NCBI GenBank assembly: GCA_013239625.1
Contig: MU053352.1
Span: 1,001,079 to 1,054,928 of the forward strand
Direction of reading: 5' to 3'
From: Lama guanicoe
Lineage: Eukaryota
Length of the DNA: 53,850 nucleotides
This document shows positions 23,855 through 34,000 of the stretch, one piece after another; the stretch's first letter is position 1; every line of letters starts with the position of its first letter. Both the position numbers and the translations under genes were made by a program. The notes beneath the pieces are model-generated. The model was not told the DNA's origin. It searched no databases and saw only the letters and a list, made by a program, of their open reading frames with translations.

Positions 23855-25449
23855 CAAAGTTCAAAAATAGGCAAAACTAAGGTATGACGTGGAAAGTCAG
23901 ATTAATGATTGTTTTTGAGGGACAGGAAGTGGAAGGGTGCACTACCGGGAGGGCTCCTGGGTGCTGGTCATCTTCTGTTTCCTGAGCTGGGTGCTGGTTA
24001 TATGAGTGTATTTGGTTTGCAAAAAATAATCAAGCTATAAATCTATGACTGGTTGCATTAGTCTAGATTCTCTAAGAGCAGATGCCAAATGGGATAAAAT
24101 GTGCATAGGACTGACTGGGGAAAATTCTGTATAAAGGGAGAGGGAACCAGAGGAACCAAGCCCTGGTCTTTCATTATCGGTCTGCAGGGCACTCACACAA
24201 CTTGGCAACAACCAATCCACCTTCTTTATCTTCATAGGCATTGTTCACCACTCTTCAGTATCCTTCAAATACCGCAATCAGTGCACCTGACACAGACCTT
24301 CCCTCCACTCGGATATTTTCCCAGGTCACCACCAGTGAAATCTTTTGCAACTAAGCTGCCACCTTGCACCATGGACTCTCTATGCCCACCTACCAACTGG
24401 GCTGGCACCTCTGTGCTTGCCAAGCTGTGAGTGAGCCAGTTTCGGATGCCCATTTTATCACGCGTTTAATGGTCTAAGGACAATTACTAGTACCATTTGT
24501 ATTACCTATGTTCCGCAGTAAGCAGATGCCAAGACAGGGTGAATGTGCAAAAGTTTTTTGGGAAAACGTCTATGAGGGAAATGGAAGGGAGCTGGAAGCT
24601 GGGAAAGCAGGAGTCAGCAATGTAGGTCTGACCCGTTCCCTCTGCAGGGGGCCTGAAATGTGCATTTCATGGCTAGCACATTTGTCCACTGTTCTGTACG
24701 CCTGTTATATTTCAATAACAAGATCTTCAAAGTCAGTAAGGAGGAAAAATTTAAATAGACAAGGAACAAGCTTAGACTTTTGGACACAGGTAGAACCTTT
24801 CACTCAAGGGCTCCTGAGATATTCCTAGGTACCAGGTGCTTCACATGGTCATCTCACTTACTCCTCCCTTGAAATGTGGCTACTGTGATGAAGGGACTTA
24901 ATTTTTACTTGATTTTATTTTAAATTTACATCGTCACACGTGGCTGGGGGCCATACTGGATGATGCAGGTTAGAGGCTTCATTCTTCATTATTATTACCC
25001 CAGTAACAATCCCAACACCTTAATTTTTCCAGCACTTCATGGTTTACAAAGCATTTTACTATATTACTCTTCCATGATCCTCATGGCATTTCTTTTCCAA
25101 GACTCTGTGGGGAAATGTAATCTCAGCAATGAACAATGTGAAAAGGAAATTAAGAAAAGTTGCAGTCGTCACCTTTCCCGATTTCAAAACCTACTGCAAA
25201 GTGACTGTGAGCAAAACAGTGTGGCATGAGGATATACGTATAGACCAATGGGACAGAATTGAGAGAATGGAAATAAACCCTCAAATATACAGTCAGGTGA
25301 TTGTTGACAAGTTACCTGTGTCATCATCTTTTTTTCCCCGCTCTCTTCAGAGACGATGTTCATACATTTATAAAACTGTTCAATTATCTCGTCACATTAT
25401 GCATTCCACCCTGGGATTCCGCTGACCCCCAAAGTGTTTTTTTTTTGTT

Positions 25450-26005
25450 TATCTGCATACATAATTCAGTCTTTGTGCTGTGACATTCTATGAGTTTTGG
25501 CAAATGCATAGGGTCATATATCATCCCAGATAGAATAGTTTCATCACCTAAAACACCCCTGTGCTTCATCAATTCAACCCTCCCTCCTCCCTCCCATTGA
25601 CCTTCTGTCAACCATTGATCTTATAACTGTCCTTAGTTTTCCTTTTCCAGAATGTTATAAAACTAAAATCTTGCAATACGTAGTATTTGTAGACTGGCTT
25701 TTTTTTTCACTTAGCAAATATGCATTTAAGATTTTCCATATCTTTTCATGGACGATAACTCATGAAACATACCACTGTGCGTTTACCCATTCATCGATTA
25801 AAGGACACCTTGGTTGCTTCTAAATTTGGACAATTATGAATAAAGCTGCTATAAATATTCCCAAGGAAGTTTTGTGTGAACATTTAGTATTCACGTCAAT
25901 TGAGCAAATACCTAGAAGTGTCATTGTTGGATTGAATGGTAAGGCCCCATCTATCTTTGTAAGAAATTGCCACACTGCCTTCCAAAGTGGCTGCACCACT
26001 ATTAT
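25450..26005 (-). mobile_element. Old L1 3' region (L1MB/ME-like)
   Basis: TTTACCCATTCA...TTGGTTGCTTCTAAATTTGG...ATGAATAAAGCTGCTATAAATATT...TTCCAAAGTGGCTGCACCA antisense L1 motifs. Confidence 0.8.
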
Positions 26006-26243
26006 CCATTTTTTAAAAACAATTTAAAAATATCTAGATCGACGACTCTATGCAGTTGGTGTTGCCCTCATTTTACACGCGAGGAAGAGAGGTACAGCGA
26101 GGTGAAGTGGCCTGTAGCTTGGCAGTAAGACCAGGTGTGTCTGCCTGCAGCCTGGGTTCTTCACCACAATGGTATTGGAGGATCGGTATTTCACAAAGCA
26201 TTCCATGAGTGGGCGGCTGTAATGGTTAAAAATCTCTTCCCTT

Positions 26244-28804
26244 CAGCCCGGAATCCGGCGGCGACGGGAGCGCTGCGAGCGAGAGGTGCGGAGGGGAGGG
26301 CGGGCGACTCTGGCAGTGACTGTGGCGGCAGTGATCGCCCCGCTGTGGGAGGCTATGGGAGCGCGCGCATCCTCTGGGTATCCAGCGCGCGGCGGCTCGG
26401 AGTGACCTGCCCCGGTGCTGTAGGGACAGGCCATGGAGCAGTTACTCGCTGAAGACCCCCGGGACCCACTGGTCTTGGCCCGTGGCTCGCCGTGCCTCTC
26501 CCAGGCTCCGAGGGCGCGGAAGAGGAGCCGTACTCCGAAGCGGGAGTAGCAGCATGGGGACAGGGGGAGGCGCTGGATAGGCGCGCCGGTGGCTCCCTTG
26601 GCTAGGGCTCTGCTTCTGGACGGCGGGCTGCGGCTGCCCGAGGTAAGCGGCGGGCTGAGCGAGCGGGGCGATTGAGCGGGACCTGCAACCATGGCGCTGG
26701 CCCCCGAAGTTACACCCTGCACCTCTCCGCGCGCCGAGCCCAACGGGACGGGACTCGGGCGGAGGACCTCCGAGGAGACCACTGCCTCCCACCCCAAGTT
26801 CGCGATCATCGTCAATCCTACAGGTTGCTGGGACGGGGCCCCTGCCCTTCCTTTACTCTGGTCGCTTGCTCCATTTTCCAAGCCCTCCCCAACTGCTGCA
26901 GACTGGAGTCCCCACCTCTTCACTCCAGTCTCGCTCTCCCCAGACCTCTCCACTTTCTTCCGAGGCTAGATCGTTCGTGGATGGGCGTCTGTAGGGGTGT
27001 CTGAGAGTTCCTGGGGAGAGGGGCCGGCTGATGGGAGTCTCTGCAGGGGAGGCTTGACTAGAGAGGTGCCTTTTCCCTTCGGTAAGCAGCATCCAGGCTG
27101 AAGTCCTCCAAGCTTGACACCCCTCCAGCGACACCAGCCTGAGGTCCTAGGCAGCAGTGGGCTTCCTTTGGAGGAGGCCGTGTGTGTACGGGGAGCTCGG
27201 GAGAGCTGCGTGCACCATTCGCTTTTAACTGCGCCTGCAGTGCCCAGCCGGGTCAGCAATTGGTCCCAGGCGGCTCACCCGGAGCCTCCTCTCCCTGCCC
27301 GGTGCCCGACCCAGCTCGCGAAAGCGGTGTCCGCTGAGCGGCAGGGAAACCACTGCTTCTTTCTGACTTAGAAACGTAGACCCCATTTTTCCTGGATCCT
27401 CTGGATTCCAGAAGAGTGAAATTTTGCAGCTGGTTTCAGCTCCACCTTGAGTGAAGACAGAGCACATCAACTTAAAGATAAAACCCGCAGACTTGTTTTG
27501 AAGATGATCAGAGACAACGTGACATATAGCTTTACCATGGAAATCGTCAGGGAGCTTCTCCTTCCCGCTCTTCTTTACCTTTTCCTGGGTGTCATACATT
27601 AGGCTTAGCATTTGTAATTGCATCAAATGATTCACCTAATGCTTGTCTGGCGAGAGGTGAAATTGATCTTTCCACCTCACCTCTGCTCTGCTGGCTACCT
27701 TGAACATATTGTGAGTAGCTAGGAGACAGAAAAGGGCAGAAAGGGGAGAGGACGATCAGAAATGAACCAATATAATCTCATTTTTATAAAAAGCTACCAG
27801 TGTGTTAAAAGGAGTTGTGCTGTCTGAAATGAACAATTTAAAAAAAGATGGATAGAGGCTTTCCCTTTTATGATCCTATTCAGTGGCTATTTACATTTCA
27901 TTTCCTGTGAAGTTTTTCACCCCCCACAATGGAGCAGGTTTTTTAAAAAGCAGGAAAGGTTTAAAAATGAGCTTCAGGGATTGACCACACTAGGTTACAG
28001 TGAAGCAGAGTTCTTTTGCTTGCTGGAAGAAGCACCAGCTTCAGCCATTTATTTTACTACAGAGGATGCCTCCTTGCAAAGTCAGCTCTGAGTTGTTTTT
28101 AATACACTGTCATGGGGGAAAGGGGGCCTTTTCTTTTCTGAATGTTGAGCTAAATGTCTGAGTCCCAACTTAACTGTTCTCTGCTGAATACCTAATGGTG
28201 ATTGACTCCCTGTCCTGACCCCTGGAATTTGGTTGATGGGGCTGTCTTGAAGCCAGCTTGAAACCAGAGTGAAGGGGACCTGCCAAAAGCCTCTTAGATG
28301 GAGCTTTGCTGGCTGTGAAACTAAGGCTAGCACCTCTTGTCTGCAAGCTGTTCTTCAAAGGACTCCTAGAAAACATACTGCACACTCTGCAGGCTTATTT
28401 ACAACAAATGTCTTGCACAGATCGTAGTAATGTTCAGGACACATGGAATGGAGCAGTACATCTGACTAATATTTCCCATGTAATATTTTACTTTCTGGGG
28501 AAGGAAGCCCATGACCCTTAGCATCTGTCAGAGATTCCCCAAGAAAGGAACGGTAAGCAGCCTGGAAATCTTGAGAAGCCCATGCACCTGGCTTTGGACA
28601 GTTGGATGCAATGGGAGTTTTCAGAACAAATGGTGTGTTTCAATGTTCCTTAAGTTCTCCCAGCCCAGGAAGGTTCCCATTCCTTAAAAGCCAGAAGAGG
28701 TGCACTCTGGGGACATGTTTGCTGAGTAGTCTTACCACACTCTCAGCGTTGGCCCTACATTGTTCTTACATATGCAAATAATTTTTTTTTTTGTTCTGAA
28801 AAAT
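26244..28804 (+). pseudogene. UNC5D: Retroposed fragment of UNC5D (5'UTR, disabled exon 1, start of intron 1)
   Basis: 26554-26642 reads [23 protein letters not shown], then after a frameshift AAAR(G) followed by GTAAG, matching the UNC5D signal-peptide exon ([22 protein letters not shown]). Flanking direct repeats AAAAATCTCTTCCCTT (26228-26243) and AAAACTCTCTTCCCTT (28805-28820). Confidence 0.82.
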
Positions 28805-29186
28805 AAAACTCTCTTCCCTTTACAGAACTAAAATCTGCCTCACTTGGTCCTGGAGTCACATTAACAGTTTCCACAAAACAGAGAGAAGGGAACTGAGTGT
28901 TGGGTGCCCCGGCCTGTCCACAACTCATTAGGCAGTGGCATGTGATTTCAGCAGCAGGCCCTGCGACAAGGCTGCCTAGTCAAAAGTCCGTTTTCTACTA
29001 CTCATCAGCTGAGTGACCTTTGGGTGAGTCTCTTCCCTTCCCTGAACCTTAGTTTCCTCACCTATAATACCTGGTACCTATTTTGAGTTCCAGACCTGAA
29101 AGTACAATTACTTTCCTAGACACCTCCACCCGTGTCTTTCACTGACCCCTCCAAATCAACATGAGCAAAACAGGGTACCTCCTGTG

Positions 29187-29350
29187 CAGAACCAGCTACA
29201 AGATTTGCAAGGGCGCAGCGTGAAATCAAAGTGCAGAGCGCCTTCTTAAAACATTAGGAAGAATTCAAGACAGCAATGGAGCAGTAGATCAAGCACAGGG
29301 CCATGGGTGACTGGGCCGGCCAGGTCACACGCCCCATGACACTGGCCTTG
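29187..29350 (-). mobile_element. MER45-like hAT-Tip100 element
   Basis: Right end CAGGTCACACGCCCCATGACACTGGCCTTG is the reverse complement of a MER45-type terminus. Confidence 0.5.
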
Positions 29351-30199
29351 CTCCTGTGTTCCTTTGATGAACCAGCCACTGCTGTCCCCTTAGGTCCTTC
29401 CCTCTCCTCTTGCCCGGTCACACCCTCCATGCTCCCATCATAATGGACTTCTGTCATTCTCTGAATGTCCCAAACTTTTGCCTCTGGCCTGGGTAATCTT
29501 TCTCCTTTCTCTTTGCCAGCCCCTCTCCTTTTATCCTCAGATCGTTTCTGAAACACTGCACGGTCTTCTGCTGTGAGCACCACATGACCCTAGTTTTCCT
29601 CACACCTCTCTGGCAAATTCCTTCCAAGTCTTCACAAGCTCGCTGTCCCCAACCTGGTTTTCATTTTACTCCATTTTTCATTGTTTGTAGAATCACTAGG
29701 TTTTTATTTTGTTTTAGCTTTAATTGAAAGTAGATAATAAAAAATGCATTGTTCAAAACAAGCACGTTAGTCACTGCTTAAAGTCTGTATCTGTCTCTAA
29801 AGGGTAAGTTCTATGACCATGAACTTGGGTCCGGTCTCATTCACAAGGACCTCAAATTTAAAATTTAGAGGCAATCTCCAAATGGAGTTGAGAGGCCTGA
29901 AGGAAGAAAACATCAAACAACCTTACAAAATTTTGTCTACTTCCTAGACCACACCACCTTGGTGTGACTATTTGTATAAATCTTGTAATTATCCTTTGAG
30001 GAACACAATAAGGAATCTGCGTACATATATTAAAAGCTCAAACGCGTTAAACGTACATTTAAAAATACACCACGAATTCTGTAACTCTACTTGGCGTTTC
30101 GTCAGTTTTCAACCTACCGCTAAGGCTCAGAAAGTAAGTGGTCTCTCAGGCCTCTCCACCTATGTGAGGATAAAAGCCTGCTTTTGCTCTATTTATTCC

Positions 30200-31080
30200 A
30201 GTATCAGCGAATGGACCAAAGGAAAAGCCAACGGCCAGCGGCGAATTGAGCGCAGCCTCCCTTACCGCCCCTGGTGGCCGCTTCTCAGTCAAAAGAACCA
30301 GGTTCCAACGACACCAGCAACCGTTTCCGTGGCAACGCAATTCACGCGGCCTCACTGAGGAGTGCGGCTCCTCTCTGCATCCCAGAAGGCGCTGCGCTGC
30401 CTCTAAGCCTTCCGCCCCCTTCCATCCCAACATGCAATGGGGCTCATGACGTCAAACGTTCGTTATCAGGATGATTATAGAAATGCCTGAATAGCCGCCT
30501 TCGCTTAAACATTAAAAATGTACGTAATAAGCTCATGTGTAAGAAAAGTCCCAAAGAGCGGCCTTAGTGATTTTTCCAGAGGTTTTAGTTTTAAATCTTG
30601 ACAAGAAAATCCCATCTTTCCCTAGATTCTCTCAGGCACCTCCTTGGGCAGCCCGCGCAGGCCGGCAGCGTTGGGACCTCGGGGTCCTAGGCAGGGCACA
30701 TGCGGGGGGAAGTGGCGCTGTCTGTCCGCGCGGCGGTTGTAAACCCTTCAGCGTGGAGCCATGGGAGGCCTAGAGAAAAAGAAGGTGAAGAGCGAGAGGC
30801 CTCGGTGGGAGTGTCGGTAGGGGGGTGCTCCGGGATGTAAGAGACAGGACCAGCAGAGCCTGGGGACTGCCCCTTTCCCCAGCCTTGGTCCCTCGTAGGT
30901 GTAGAAGCGGCTGGGATCAATGCGACATGAGACAGTAGCCAGAAGGGGTCCAAAGGTGGGCGAGGGCGGCAGTTACTCCTCCGGTGAAATCCAGGATAGA
31001 ATTCTAGAGTAGAGCTGTGTAAGAGAGTTGAGGTTACCAAGCAAAGCTGCACGCCCCCAGTCAGGCCGAGCCAAAAGACC
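30200..31080 (+). promoter_or_regulatory. PES1 CpG-rich promoter
   Basis: High CpG density around exon 1; X-box-like GTTTCCGTGGCAAC 30323-30336, CRE TGACGTCA 30447-30454, CACATG 30697-30702, ETS GGAAGTG 30708-30714. Confidence 0.75.
30761..30784 (+). CDS. PES1: PES1 exon 1 (coding part)
   Basis: GCCATGG Kozak; MGGLEKKK; donor GTGAAG. Confidence 0.93.
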
Positions 31081-34000
31081 GTTTACTGAAAGACTGATGA
31101 ATATTTCGTAGAGCCCACCATGATGTCCATTTTATCATTTCTAAAACTTGTTACTCCCTTTTCTACTGAACCAGGCCCTGTCCTAGACACGGGGGATGGA
31201 GACATAAACAATCAGATGTGGTCCCTGCATTCCCCAAGCTCATTTTCTGGTGGGGGAGATGGACAGTAAAGTAAGCAATCAGATAAGATGATCACTGACA
31301 AGCCTGGCAGGGGAAACTAAGTGCCAGGAATCTTAGTTGGGAAAGGGTCGCTGTGTGCAAGGAATCGGAAGGACGTCAGGATGGCTGGGGTATAGTAAAC
31401 CAGGGGAAGAATGGTATCTAGTGTGGTTGGGGTTGGACAAGGACCAGGTCATACAAGGCCTGTCAGGCACAGTGAGGAGATTGGCTTTTATTCAAAATGC
31501 AGTAGGAATCAACTACTTCTAAGTGCTTCGCATAGCACCAGATCCACAGCAACCCTGTGGTCCCTGAATCATGCAGATGTATGTGTCCTCTGTGCTGACA
31601 GCTGAAGATAGTGCAGGAGAGCTCCTTCAGGCATGTGGGCTCCCTCCCCATGGTGTTTTTTGTCCCAGGAGCCTTTTCGCCACTTATCCAAGGTGATAGT
31701 TGCCTCTGGCATGAGGAATATCCAGAGATTGCTGTCTATCACTGCAATCATTGCTAATGGAGAATTGTTTTTTTTTCCTCCCCAAGTATGAGCGAGGCTC
31801 TGCCACCAACTACATCACCCGAAACAAAGCCCGGAAGAAGCTGCAGCTCAGCCTGGCCGACTTCAGGTGAGGTTGGAGAGGAGAGGGGGACCTCTGGATG
31901 CCTGGGCAGTGCATTACGCAGCTAAAACTCAGCCACACCCCTGTCTAAGCTGCACTGCTACAGACTCTGTTTGGGATTCTGATGTTCCTCCTCTTTCTTG
32001 CCTGGCCTTGCTTTGGTGAGCTGTGCTTTGCCAACTGTGGTCCATGGGGAATCTGGAGCACTGGGTCATGCTGCCCTTAGTCATCAGAATGGACCTGCTG
32101 GTACTATGCACTCTCCCCCATCCTCTCCCTTCTGGCAGTAGAGACCCCTTAATCTTGCAGCTGGGGGTTCTCAGCACCTCAGAGAGTGAAGTCCAGACTC
32201 CTCCACAGCCTGTGGGTCCTACCGCCTGGCCCACTTCTCATCTTCCAAGCATACCCAGCACTTTCCAGTCTTACTGCCTTTGTCCTTCTGAGGATGCTCT
32301 TCCCTCTGCCCTTTATAGGCAGACCTCAGAGATACTGTGATTTGGTTTCACTGCAGTAAAGTGAATGTCACAGTGAAGCAAGGCATGTGAATGTTTTGGT
32401 TTCCCAATGTGTAAGAGTTATGTACTGTATTATATACTGTACCATAGTCTATTAGGTGTGCAACAGTATTATGTCTAAAAAGCAATGTCTTAACTTAAAA
32501 TATTTTGCTGGTAAGAAATGCTGATCGTTTTCTGAGCTTTCAGGGAGTCATCATCTTTTTTTACTCTTGGAGGGTCCTGCCTCGATGTTGATGGCTGCTG
32601 AGTGATCAGGGTGGTGGTTGCTGAAGGTTGGGCTGTGAGTGACAACTTCTTAAAATAGGATAACAATGAAGTTTGCCGCATTGACTGACTCTTCCTTTCA
32701 TGAACGTTTCTCTGTAGCACCCAGTGCTGTTTGATAGCATTTTACCCATAGTGGAGCTTCTGTCAAAATTTGACTTAATCCTCTCAAACCCCACTGCTGT
32801 TTTACCAACTAAGTTTACATAATATTCGGAATCTTTTGTTGTCATTTCAACAGTCTTCACAGCTTCTTCACCAGGAGTAGATTCCATCTCAAGAACCTCT
32901 GTTCATCCTTAAGAAGCAGCTCCTCACCTGTTAAAGTTTGATCATGAGGTTGGCGCAGTTCAGTCCCACCTCAGGCTCCACTTCTGGCTCCAGTTCTCTT
33001 GCTATTTCTACCACATCTGCAGTGACTTCCTCCACTGAAGTCTTAAACCCCTCAAAGTCACCCACGAGGGTTGGGAGCAACTTCCTACAAACTCCTGTTA
33101 ATGTTGATATTTTGACCTCTTCCTTTGAATCATGAATGTTCTTAATGACCTCTAGAAGGGTGAATCCTCTTCAGAAGGCTTTCAATTGACTTTGGCCAGA
33201 TCTGTCAGAGGAATCACTATCTATGGCAGCTACAGCCTTATGAAATCTATTTCTTAATTAGTAAGACCTGAAAGTTGAAGTTAGTCCTTGATCCACGGAC
33301 TGCAGAATGGATATTTTGGTAGCAGGCATGAAAACAACCTTGCAGTTTCTATATCAGTATTTGCTGCTCACCCTACTCCTCATGAACCAATCTCAGCTGG
33401 CATCACACTTTTTCCTGCAGCTTCCTCACCTCTCTCAGCCTTCATAGAATCAAAGAGAGCAGGGCCTTGCTCTGGATTAGGCTTTGACTTAAGGGGATGT
33501 TATAGCTCATTTGATCTTCTGTCCAGTCCACTTAAACTTTCTCCATATCAGCAATAAGGCTGTTTTGCTTTCTTACCATTCATGTGTTGACTAGAATAGC
33601 ATTTTAAATTTCCTTCAGGGGCTTTTCCTTTGCATTCACAACTTGGCTGACTGTGGTGCAAAAAGCCTAGCTTTCAACCTGTCTTGGCTCTCAATGTGCC
33701 TTCGTCACCAAGCTTAATCATTTCTAGCTTTTTATTTAAAGTAGGGGACGTGTGACTCTTCCTTCCAGTTGAACACTTAGAGGCTGTTGTGGGGTTATTT
33801 ATTAGCCTAATCTCAATATTGTGTCTCAGGAAATAGAGAGGCCCAAGGAGAGGGAGAGAGATGGGAAAGGCCATCAGTGGAGCAGTCAGAACACACACAA
33901 CATTTATTGATCAAGTTCACCATCTTATATTTGCGTGATTCATGGAGCCCCCAAAATTATTATAACAACAATTTCAAAGATCACAGATCACCATACCAAA

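Noticed and set aside
26554..26642. Functional UNC5D gene start
   Set aside because: In-frame TAG at 26578-26580, a frameshift near 26626, no downstream UNC5D exons and the wrong syntenic context.
26243..26953. 236-aa minus-strand ORF
   Set aside because: Low-complexity G/A/R/S/P product from the antisense strand of a CpG island; no recognisable domain.
30265..30279. CTCF-like CCACCAGGGGCGG in the PES1 promoter
   Set aside because: One G short of the core, which puts the 3' half out of register; more plausibly a GC box.
32490..33898. Transposase-like ORFs suggesting a domesticated TIGD gene
   Set aside because: Fragmented by stops, frameshifts and an internal deletion; an ordinary decayed Tigger1.
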